Assembly: GCF_037042905.1 (NCBI RefSeq)
Contig: NC_087251.1
Location: forward strand, 26,910,001 to 26,974,000
Origin: Lytechinus pictus
Taxonomy: Eukaryota
Direction: 5' to 3'
Length of the DNA stretch: 64,000 bases
Shown here: positions 25,071 to 36,163 of the stretch, piece after piece
How the letters are laid out: every line of letters begins with the position of its first letter
Position numbering within the stretch: position 1 is the stretch's first letter
Notes under the pieces: model-generated
Databases searched by the model: none
What the model saw: only the letters and a program-made list of their open reading frames with translations
What the model was told of the DNA's origin: nothing
Translations under genes and position numbers: made by a program

Positions 25071-27893
25071 TAGCCTGGAGGCGTCTGGGGAGTGAAAGAC
25101 TTATACTGTACGTATGGTCACTCCCCTAACGCCTGGCACTGTGTCCTATACTATCCTACACACCGAGGGAAAATGCAACTATAGAAATGCGCCAAACTGC
25201 TAGTTATGTTTAGATTCTAGCTTTAAAACTTATGTACATGGGTAAAAATATTGGTTGGCAACGTTTGGCAAAAAATAAGTGTTGATGGATTTGAAATGAC
25301 GAATAAATTAATATGAATAAGAAAAGTAGAAGAGAGTTCACTTACACTTGTTGACATCGCCATCTTTGAATCCTTTTAATTGCAACCTAGTTACGTGACG
25401 CGTATAGAGGGCGGCAAAATCATGAGCGGTGCTAGATTAAAAAGTGCTAAAATGTCCCGCTTCAACCACTGAACTAGAAATACGTGGAAGCCGTGTACAC
25501 CCAAGCAAAACATCGCTGGCGAACTCGATAAGTCACATGACCGCCGCCATTTTGCTAGGTCAATTGTTCGAGAACGCGCCGCGCCGTAGAAGGCAAAATG
25601 CAATATGTTTTCTCTATGTATTTCTAGTTCAGTTGTTGAAGCGGGACATTTTAGCACTTTTTAATCTAGCACCGCTCATGATTTTGCCGCCCTCTATACG
25701 CGTCACGTAACTAGGTTGCAATTAAAAGGATTCAAAGATGGCGATGTCAACAAGTGTAAGTGAACTCTCTTCTACTTTTCTCGGTATTTTATAGATGGCA
25801 AATATAGCGATCTTCAACGCTTATATATAAGCGTCGAAATTTGTAGCCATCTCCTTGTATTAGTCTATAATATACGACGTGTCAAATTGTAGCGAACTAG
25901 TTCGCTATTTCCAGATCTCCTCTATATATATATATACGAGGGGGAATTGTAGCGAACTAGTTCGCTATTTTCCAGATCTCCTCTATATATATATATACGA
26001 GGGGGAATTGTAGCGAACTAGTTCGCTATTTTCTAGATCTCGTCTATATACAAACGACGGGAAATTGTAGCGAACTAGTTCGCTATTTTTCGGATCTCCT
26101 CGATATATATACACGAGGGGGAATTGTAGCGAACTAGTTCGCTATTTTCCAGATCTCCTCTAGATACATACTACGGGATTTGTAACGAACTAGTTCGCTA
26201 TTTTTCGGATTTCCTCTATATATATATACGACGGGAAATTGTAGCGAACTAGTTCGCTATTTTCCAGATCTCCTCTATATATATATACGACGGGAAATTG
26301 TAGCGAACTAGTTCGCTATTTTTCGGATCTCTTCTTTTGTAGCGAACTAGTTCGCTATTTTTCGGATCTCCTCTATATACGACAGAAAATTGTAGCGAAC
26401 TAGTTCGCTATTTTTCGGATCTCCTCGATATATACACGAGGGGGAATTGTAGCGAACTAGTTCGCTATTTTCCAGATCTCCTCTAGATACATACTACGGG
26501 ATTTGTTCGCTATTTTTCGGATTTCCTCTCCCTATATATACGACGGGAAATCATAGCGAACTAGTTCGCTATTTTCCAGATCTCCTCTTTATATATATAT
26601 ACGACGGGAAATTATAGCGAACTAGTTCGCTATTTTTCGGATCTCTTCTTTTGTAGCGAACTAGTTCGCTATTTTTTGGATCTCCTCTTTATATATACGA
26701 CGGAAAATTGTAGCGAACTAGTTTGCTATTTTTCGGATCTCCTCTATAAAATTTTATACACGAGGAGGAATTAGTGAACTAGTTCGCTATTTTTCTAATC
26801 TTTATATATACAAGAGACGGAATTGTAGCGAACTAGTTCGCTACAATTCCCCCTCGTGTATATAATTTTATAGAGGAGATCCGAAAAGTAGCGAACTAGT
26901 TAGCTACAAATCCCGTCGTATGGATATAGAGGAGATCTGGAAAATAGCGAACTGGTTCGCTACAATTCCCCCTCGTATATATATATAGAGGAGATCTGGA
27001 AAATAGCGAACTAGTCTGCTACAATTTGACAATATGGCATCAATATATACAGCCAAAACCTGCAGATTTTCACTTTGAAGCCTTCACAATAATGTAAGCT
27101 TTGGAAAAAATGACAACTAGTTCGCTACAATTCCCCCTCGTGTACATATCGAGGAGATCCGAAAAATAGCGAACTAGTTCGCTACAATTTCCCGTCGTTT
27201 GTATATAGAGGAGATCTGGAAAATAGCGAACTAGTTCGCTACAATTCCCCTTGTGTATATATCGAGGAGATCCGAAAAATAGCGAACTAGTTCGCTACAA
27301 TTTCCCGTCGTTTGTATATAGAGGAGATCTGGAAAATAGCGAACTAGTTCGCTACAATTCCCCTCGTGTATATATCGAGGAGATCCGAAAAATAGCGAAC
27401 TAGTTCGCTACAATTTCCCGTCGTTTGTATATAGAGGAGATCTGGAAAATAGCGAACTAGTTCGCTACAATTCCCCCTCGTATATATATATATAGAGGAG
27501 ATCTGGAAATGGCGAACTAGTTCGCTACAATTTGACACGTCGTATATTATAGACTAATACAAGGAGATGGCTACAAATTTCGATGCTTATATATAAGCGT
27601 TGAAGATCGCTATATTTGCCATCTTATTATTTCCCTACTTTTCTTATTCATATTAATTTATTCGTCATTTCAAATCCATCAACACTTATTTTTTGCCAAA
27701 CGTTGCCAACCAATATTTTTACCCATGTACATAAGTTTTAAAGCTAGAATCTAAACATAACTAGCAGTTTGGCGCATTTCTATAGTTGCATTTTCCCTCG
27801 GTGTGTAGGATAGTATAGGACACAGTGCCAGGCGTTAGGGGAGTGACCATACGTACAGTATAAGTCTTTCACTCCCCAGACGCCTCCAGGCTA
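25071..27893. mobile_element. Palindromic hAT-like MITE, copy 2 (diverged subfamily), interrupted by a foldback element
   Basis: Same TAGCCTGGAGG termini; 8-bp TSD TCCAGGCT (25063-25070, 27894-27901); right arm split at 25782-27635. Confidence 0.9.
25782..27635. mobile_element. Foldback element (MULE/FB-like) with modular tandem-repeat arms
   Basis: 9-10-bp TSD (C)TACTTTTCT; about 100-bp unique TIR (AGATGGCAAATATAGCGATCTTCAACGC...) followed by about 57-60-bp repeats containing palindrome TAGCGAACTAGTTCGCTA. Confidence 0.88.
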
Positions 27894-27899
27894 TCCAGG

Positions 27900-28200
27900 C
27901 TAAGAAGCGGCGGTGACTTCTTTCAGTTTCATCTCCCATTGACCTAGTTTGTTCACAACGAGCGCACACACGATCACGAGAAGAGAGTTGATTTATTTCA
28001 GGATAAGGCCGGAACCTCCTGGCTACCTCTCACCTCTCTTTTATATCCCAGTTCCTTCCCAATCCCACATTTTCGACACCGACACCACGAACGACGTCAT
28101 CGCTCCCGCTTTCTCACCGAATCTCTGCGAGTCTGCGCTGCCGCGCCGAGATGAGTGCAGTGTGCCAGTGAGAAACTGTGGCATCACACTGCTCATTTTA
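27900..28200 (-). promoter_or_regulatory. Putative GANAB promoter and non-coding first exon
   Basis: CpG-rich non-repeat segment with minus-strand donors AG|GTGAG (28029-28033) and CG|GTGAG (28113-28117); no in-frame ATG found; no transcript evidence. Confidence 0.35.
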
Positions 28201-28523
28201 TCCTCTCAACAATCGACCATATCCACCTTTCCCATTGTTTATTACTATTTGATCAATGTGAAACAAATACAAAAATATCTGAATTACGGAAAAATCACCA
28301 AAGCTATATTGCCACTACATTAAATGATCAAATAAACAGGAAGCGAAAACTTACAGTTTATTACACGTCGCTCTCAGCATCGCCATGATGACATGTTATG
28401 GTAGCTTTGAATGAAGGGATCACCAAAGCTGTGAAATACATGTTTCTGCTGTGGTGGACTGCGTGGCGGATTAAACTTTTTGCTAAGAGGGTTTTTTTTA
28501 TATTTGTTTTCATCATTGACATC

Positions 28524-28664
28524 CACTAGCGTACCTACGGGGGGGCAGAGGGGGCAGTCTGCCCCCTCCCCTGACGAGCCACAACCCATGCAAAGGACGT
28601 ATCCCTGCCCCCCCCTGACGAGCTTGAAAGACCTTTTTTGCCCCCCCCCTGACGAGCTTGAAGA

Positions 28665-28716
<52 letters not shown>

Positions 28717-28825
28717 TGTCAAATTTTTTTCTGGTACGAAATCCTTCATTTTTTTTTTTGCTTGTCAATTTTTTTGGCGGACGGTTTTGCCCCCCCCCCT
28801 GTGAGAAATCCTAGGTACGCCACTG
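28524..28825. mobile_element. Short non-autonomous DNA element (CAGTGGCGTA-type ends)
   Basis: TIR CACTAGCGTACCTACG / CTAGGTACGCCACTG; 8-bp TSD TTGACATC; internal poly-T. Confidence 0.8.
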
Positions 28826-29314
28826 TTGACATCATATTCCATAAAGATTTGAATGAGAAAATTTGCGGTTTTATTTTCACTTCAATAGGCGGATCCAGTT
28901 GGGGGCCCAAGGGGCCGCGGCGCCCCTCCCTGTTGGCGGCGCCAAAAAAACAAAAGGAGAGAAAGAAAAAAAACTCGGAAAGAAAAAGGAGAGAGGAGAA
29001 AAAAAAGAACAAAAAAGGAGAGAGGAGAAAAAAAAGAACAAAAAAGGAGAGAGGAGAAAAAAAAGAACAAAAAAGGAGAGATGTCGACAAAGGTGAATGG
29101 AATAAGGCAAGGTGAAATGGAAAGTGGAAAGAATTTCGGTTCATTATAACTATACAAATATATTTAAAAAAAAATTGCCAGTTGATGGAGATAATCTTCT
29201 CAAGAACATGCAGGGGATTAAGCTTCTGCTCAAAATAATTACAGTAAGCCAGTTCGGAGTTCCATTCTGCTCATGATCAGAAGAAGGTCATTCAGACTAA
29301 AGGTGGCATGATGG

Positions 29315-29675
29315 CATGGGCGGCCCCAAGGGGGGACAGGGGGAACGCGTCTCCCGCGGCCTATCCAAAATACATGGACCTGTCCACGGAGGATTAATCT
29401 ATTGTTATTGGGGGTACTGAGCATGATTGTCACAGCACCCAATAAATGATAGATAATCCTCCGTGGCCAGGTCCATGCCAAAAAAGTAGGGGCCACATTA
29501 TCAAAATTTACCCCCTACTATTTGTGGTCTTTTATAATGGAAAGAAATACATCATTCAAAATAAAAATAAAATATGTATTAATTTGGACGAGTTGACCTT
29601 ACTTTTTTTTTTTTTGCTTGTCAAATTTTCCAGCCCCTGGCCCCCCCTACCTTTGGGGAAAGATTTCCGTCCTTG
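29315..29675. mobile_element. Short DNA element with 8-bp TSD
   Basis: TSD CATG(A/G)TGG; splits a sequence found uninterrupted at 31521-31700. Confidence 0.6.
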
Positions 29676-29787
29676 CATGGTGGTTTGATATCTAATGAGA
29701 CAAGCACCAACTTTGATGTCTTGATTATTCATATATTATTTTGAATTTCGAATTTTCAGTTCTTTGTGTTCGCATCAATATTGTTTA

Positions 29788-30413
29788 AAGGGATGCTCCG
29801 GTCTGAAAATAAAAAAAATCACAGAGCAAAATGCTGAAAATTTCATCAATATCTGATAACAAATAGCGAAGTTATTTAATTTTAGATCTTTGCAGTATAT
29901 TATGATTGTGAAAACAGTATATGCACGTCGTCATGAAAATTCATTAGATGGGCTGATGATGTCACATCCCCATTCTCATTTTTCTTACGTTATTACAGTC
30001 ATGAATGAAATCATAATTGTTTCATTTTTTTCACAATGTGTGAATGATTATATGTCTCCCTTTCTTTATAATAAAATAAGTTGCAGCAATGAATACCTTA
30101 TGCACTTAATCAGTTTTTATTCCAAAAATATATTTTTGGTTCTTGAGGAAAAAAAATTGAATATACTTAATTTCATATAGGCCTATAATAAAATACAAAA
30201 GAACAAGTGGGGATCTGACATCATCAGTTTGCTCATTATGAACATTTATAAAGACATGCCTAGAAATGTAATAATGCAAATTCTAAAATGCCATAACTTG
30301 TTATTCCTTGTCCGATTTTGATCAAATTTTCAGTGTTTTGTTTGTCTGATTTTTCTTAACTTGTTCAAATTCGTTCAAATCATATGAGTTTAAGCCTGGA
30401 GTGAGTAACCCTT
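29788..30413. mobile_element. Palindromic TTAA/Kolobok-like MITE (related copy at 53735-54346)
   Basis: TTAA|AGGGATGCTCCGG start; quasi-palindromic interior; degenerate right end. Confidence 0.6.
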
Positions 30414-30749
30414 TTATTAGATACCCATCCTGCTCATGATGCTTAGGACTGCAAAAGCTCAATTTTCAGGTTCAATTTTTAGGTTTAAATGCATTAAACC
30501 ACAAAATTTTAGCTCACGCTTCGCACTCTCATTATTAGTAGGCCTTAGCTTGTTTGTAAGAAAGCAATAAGATGTTGATAAAAGTCTTAAGTAAAGACTA
30601 CCCCTCCCCCAAAAAAAACCATTAAAAAAAAACTTTTAACGGCTGATCGGGGAAAAAATGTATGAAAATATTTTCCCCCACCCCTATAATGGCGAAAGCT
30701 GGATCTGCCCCTGCACTTTAGCGACATTTAAAGACGAATCCAAGTTTTA

Positions 30750-31272
30750 AAGGACAATTCCACGCCAGCAGATATTTGATTTGAATAAAAAGAAAAAAAT
30801 CCAACAATTAAAGCTCAACACTGAAAATTTCAATCGGATGTAAAATAAGAAAGTTCGTTTTAAAGTTTTGCTTAATTTCACAAAGCAATATTCCTGCATG
30901 GTCGATACATGAAATATTCTATTTTTCTCCCCATTGTAATGTGAAACAAAGTTCTTTCCTGAACATGTGTATTTGCATTGTTTTAATATGGTTCTGTCAG
31001 GTTGGTCATTATCGTCAAATCTGTAAAAAATTGAAAGATTGTATAATTCAAACATTAAGAAACAAAAGAAATAGTGAGTGAGGGACATCATCGACTCTCT
31101 CATTTGCATACCACTGAGTTGTGCATATAACTATTTTCCAAAAAATAAGCAAAACTTTAAAATGTCATAATTTTCTTATTTAACATCTGATTTTGATGAA
31201 ATTTTCAGCGTTATGCTTGTTTGATTTTTCTTTATTGATTAAAATCAACATTCTTTGGGATGGACTTGACCT
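30750..31272. mobile_element. Kolobok-like MITE (related copy at 40779-41367)
   Basis: TTAA|AGGACAATTCCAC ... GTGGACTTGACCT|TTAG; interior shared with 40779-41367. Confidence 0.65.
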
Positions 31273-31804
31273 TTAGTAGCTATAGGCCTATAGGCCTAAT
31301 ATCAATCATTTTGACTAATTAAAAAAATAATTTCTGTGTCGGAAAGTGTGTGGGGACGGATGAATGTAGGCCTAGAGGCTATTTCCCTATAGTCTACAAT
31401 TAGAGACTTATATTTGACACTTTAACCAATAACTGGTCTAGAATGAAGACTATATACTATAAAGGCTCTGCACAATGTCTATCATACACAGTAGGCCTAC
31501 TATATGAATCTAGTCTCACTACCGTAAGCCAGTTCGTAGTTCCTTTCTGCGCATGATCAAAAGATTCTGCGCATGATCAGAGAAATTAACGTCATTTGTA
31601 CTAAAATGACATGGTGGTTTAAAATCCCCGGTTAAAATATATAATGAGATAAGCACCAACTTTGATGCCTTGATTATTCATATATTCTTTTGAATTGTGT
31701 TTTTCATTTACATCCAAAAACAACAACAATGCGTCCACGAACGACTGGTATTTCACAGTTTGCCAAGTACATTGTGCAACATGCTATGATATATGCATTC
31801 AAAG

Positions 31805-33394
31805 CAGTGGCGTAACAGGCGGGGGGGCAGGGGGGGGAAGCTGCCCCCCCTGGCGGAGCTCACCGGGAAAATAAAAAAAAAACGGGAAAAAGAAAAAAGA
31901 AGGGAGGAAGAAAGGGAAAGGGAAAGGAAAGAAAAGAAAAAAGGGAAAGGGGAAAGGGATGGGGAAAGAAAACTAAGAAAAAACATAAAAAAGGGAAAAC
32001 GGAAAGATAGCGGGAAAAGGAAGGAAAAAGAACAAGTGAGAAAGAACAATTCGCCCCGATATAATACATTAGCATGATTAGTAAGACAGGGAAATAAATT
32101 AAAGATGACAAAAAGGCAAACAAAAGCGGGAAAAAAGGGCAGAATGGAATTAGCCAAAATCTAAATTGGAAAATAAAGAATATGGACAAGATAACGTACA
32201 CTATACCGGGCTGCCGAGGATTGAGATAACGAGCGGGAAGAAAAATGGATGGTATATAGCATAATGTCGTATGAAAGTCTATCATAAACTTGCTAAATCT
32301 CCAAAGGCTCTGTCCTAGAGTCAATACCCCGTGCAGTGGGGGCTCTTCATCTGTAACCTTTTATGGGTTCTATAAAGGGCCCCTATATGGACCCTTCCTG
32401 CATTAAGCTTTACGTTGAAGCACTGGCGTACCGGGGGGTGGTTCCACAGCCAAGGGGAAATAAAAGAAAATAAAGGAGGCAGCGAAATGAGATGAATGAA
32501 AAAAAATATATGACATGATATTTGCTATAATGATGTAAAAATCAATCACATAATTAGAATTTCATTTTAACAGGCCATTTTTTTCTGGCTCGCTTCGCTC
32601 GCTGGCGACTTTTTACAAATTTTCCCACATTTGCTATATGGTGTACCCCTCACAATATTTGGATGATTACGATACACAACTGCATTGCATTTATGTGTTG
32701 TGTTAAAGCTATATAAATATACACGCAATTTGATTAAAACAAGTGGCCATCTGTAAGGTTTAAAATGGCTTTGATATCAAGAGGTTCCGGGGCTCTGCCC
32801 TGGACCCCACCCATAAAGCACTGTTATATGGATGAGTTGGACCATGGCCCACAAAAGTTCTACAACCAAACAAAAAAAAAAGAGGAAAGAAAGGAAAGTG
32901 TATTATATTTTTCTGAATATCACGTTAAAATCTATCTTCATGTTAGATTCTCATGAAAAGGTGATTTTTTTTTTATCTCGCTCGCTTCGCTCGCTCGGGA
33001 CCTATATTAAGCTACTTCTTGCCAGAAGCGCCATACTCGGCCCCCTCGAGCATAAAGAGCTTCGCCCTGATGCTGACTATCATAACAAAAATCCTGTTCA
33101 CCGTGGCATACAAAAAAGAGAGAAAAAAGGAAAGAGAGGAGGGTGAAATATGATATCATCTTTTTAACATTATGTCAAAATCTATCACAAAATTGGATTT
33201 TTGCAATAAAAATGTCAAAAAAATTTGCTCGCTCGCTTCGCTCGCTCGCTTATATATATATATATATATTTGCCCGATACGCCATATCGCCCCCTCAAAA
33301 TTGTTGCCTTATGACGCCATTGCCTGTTCCATGATATGACCGGGAAATTTTTGGCTCTTGCCCCCCCTGGCCACCGACCCCTGTTACGCCGCTG
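31805..33394. mobile_element. Non-autonomous DNA element, CAGTGGCGTAACAGG termini
   Basis: TIR CAGTGGCGTAACAGG / CCTGTTACGCCGCTG; 8-bp TSD ATTCAAAG; internal GCTCGCTTCGCTCGC motifs. Confidence 0.82.
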
Positions 33395-34122
33395 ATTCAA
33401 AGTAGGAATGCAACAAATACTTTCATAAAGTGTTCATTGGTGTGTATTCTAGTCACCTGGTCTATTCAATTTCTTCATCCTGCTATGTAAGGCATGCTTA
33501 CGTAATATCTTGCTTTGAAATCTGCCTATCATAATGAAAGAAATGAAAGGTCATTTGACCAAAATTATCCATGAAGTAGGCCTAACTACGAACTGGTCTA
33601 TTATATGCACCATGCAAAACCAAGGATCTGTGACTGCAGACTATACTAGTATACAATTCCCTCCGAAAAAGGGAGAATATTGTCATTCAATGAATACTTA
33701 TACTGTTTTACCAAAATCATGCAAAATCATGCAACTTTAAAGCGATCGAACATTAATTTGACCTTAATTTTTTTTAATGAAAATTTAATTTTGTGATGGA
33801 TTTTAAGGTAATGCTTATGGAAAGTAGCATCACATATCATTTTTCTTTCCTTTTGTTTTCTTTTTCTTCTTCTTGGTCGATTGTGGAAGCCTACACATTT
33901 TTTTTTCAAAAATAAGCCCACTTGATCAGGATATTATAATACAGATCGAGGTTTTGAAATAATAATAATAATTATGATAATAACAAGCAATATCAGCGAA
34001 ATGAATGTCTCTTTCTCTTCCTTTAATCCTGCTAATATTAGCCTTATATGAGGTCTACATTTCAGACAGGCAGATCACATCATGTTCAATTAATGCCATG
34101 CATATTAGTATCTATTGTAGGA

Positions 34123-34430
34123 TTTTTTTTTTCAAATAATATTTTTGTATCCCCTCACTTGATTTTTCATTCTGCATAGGCCTGCACATTCAAAAGAGAT
34201 TGGATTTCAAACACTAATTATTTTACCAAACAATTTCAATTGTCAGTTCATAAAATCTATATCTCTTCCGGGTATTTTTTTTCAAATAATATTTTTCCAT
34301 CCCCTCACTTGATTTTTCATTCTGCATAGGCCTGCACATTCGAAAGAGATTGGATTTCAAACACTAAGTTTTAATTATCTTACCAAACAATTTCAATTGT
34401 TCATAAAATCCGTTATATCTCTTCCGGGTA
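34123..34430 (+). repeat. Local tandem duplication, 2 copies of about 150 bp
   Basis: TTCAAATAATATTTTT...TCTCTTCCGGGTA repeated head to tail. Confidence 0.85.
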
Positions 34431-35174
34431 GGCCTATCTTTTTCGAAGGTGATCAATGCAGAATTAAAAATCAATGAGGGGATTACTAGACTATAAGTTT
34501 TAATAGTCTAGTAATAGGGGGGGGGGCTTCTGGGGACATGAGATTTTCTTATACTCGCACTTCAAGAGAGCATAAATGTATATTCTGCATTAAGATGCTA
34601 TCCGTTGCAAGGGAGCGTTTAGCGACCGCGAGCGAGAAAATTTTCAAATTTGAGTAGTAAAAACTTTAATTTTAGAGCACTTGACAACATGAATGGAAAA
34701 CTATACGCAATATGATCGACCAACATAATATATATCTATTGTTTCTTTGTGGTCGCCTGGGGGGTTCAGTCCCAAAAGCCCCCCCCCCCCAAAAAAAAAA
34801 AAAAAAAAAAAAAAAAAACAACGCTCCGATTTGCTCTTGATTATAGCCGGGATTATATAGTTGCCCCATATAGGACAGAGCTGTGTTTGAAAATGCATCT
34901 CTTTTCACCCCTTTTCACCCTAAAAATAATTAATATCAGTCGGTCGAAAAATGGGTGACCCCGCATTCACCTGTCGCTAGCATATTATAAAATCGGCCCT
35001 CCGGATCTGAATGAACTGAGGATCTAGGATCGGAAGCAAAGATAAGTTCGTTGAATGTACCGTACGTATACCGTACCCCCGGTAAACAAACAACACGAAC
35101 GCCGTGCCATGCCTACGCTGTTGTCAGCAAGGTGGTGAAGCCGAGTGATTCAAAGACTGATTAACTGCAGATAA

Positions 35175-35178
35175 ATGG
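35175..35178 (+). CDS. Evectin/PLEKHB-like gene: ATG+G at end of first exon
   Basis: ATGG|GTAAAT within a CpG-rich segment (34960-35440); phase 1 matches next exon (G+CT = Ala). Confidence 0.6.
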
Positions 35179-36163
35179 GTAAATATAAAGAGAGTCATAG
35201 CATGCATAACTGTTAGGCATTAAGTTGAAGATTTCAAGACTACACATGATACGAAATGAATTCTTTTTACATGTATGCTTGTTATGATTTGGCTTTTTTC
35301 TCCAGGCCCAGGCCAGACCAATTTACTACCGGGCCGGGCCGCCTCGCCTTGGTTTTTAAACTAATGGGTTTCTGGTGGGAAGCCGCGGCGGCGGAGCTCA
35401 AGATCGTGGTGGTGCATTGTGGAGACTCGCGGGGACATGCCAATATGCCATCTCTAATTTTTAACTCATTATTGACATTGATTTAAAATAAAACGAAGGA
35501 TGTACTTTAAGAATGCAATGCAGCTTTGATTGTCAACTGTGACTGTGAGAATGAGAAATCGGCAAGTAATTATTAACATTTGTAATAATTATTGAATATT
35601 GATAATGATAAATTTGATAATAAATTAATAAGGACTGTGTGGGGACTGTGATGACATTTTTATAATAAAATATCACAGAGTCCGCTAGGCTTACATCAAT
35701 TGCAAGAAATCTTTAGTGTTGGGTTGTATTCTAAGCATAATTTTACTCTTTACTCCATCATCTTGAAATCTGACCATCTGCAACTTGCAAGAATCTAACT
35801 AGATCTATCTGCAAAAATGTTCAACCCTGAAGGAGGCAGATGTAACCTGAAGAAGAAGAATCATCAACTTTATTGTCTAGGTCCTTTTTCAAGAAAACGG
35901 AATAGAAATTGGCATTTGGCATTGATATGCCCATACCAGTATTTTAGGCAAATTGATGTGGTATCTATTTCCTTTTTTTCAATTTTCTACTGGGGGCTAC
36001 ATATAGTCTTCTTCTTCTTCCTATATAAGTACATACCACCTGTGGTGTATTGTCGTACTGTATTGTGGACTTGAATGCTGAGTGCTGAGTATCCACCGTT
36101 GAAGTTGTGGTAAAAAAAAGCCAACATATATATAATATTTACATATTTACAAACAAATGCAGA

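Larger units (their letters stand above)
28883..30713. mobile_element. Composite element with GGCGGATCCAG-type termini hosting further insertions
   Basis: TAGGCGGATCCAG ... CTGGATCTGCCCCTG; partial CACTT flanking repeat; nested elements at 29315-29675 and 29788-30413. Confidence 0.5.

Noticed and set aside
24269..25710. Paired ORFs on opposite strands (MAMFGKKW..., MLKCPAST...)
   Set aside because: Mirror-image by-products of MITE inverted arms; no recognisable protein motif.
25885..27535. CRISPR-like array (constant palindromic repeat with intervening sequences)
   Set aside because: Linkers are variants of one sequence rather than unique spacers, the array is bounded by TIRs and a TSD, there are no cas genes, and the context is eukaryotic.
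28480..32324. Long Lys/Glu/Arg-rich and Phe/Ser/Leu-rich ORFs (also 22170-22869, 52552-53053)
   Set aside because: Translations of purine/pyrimidine low-complexity tracts and poly-T within repeats.
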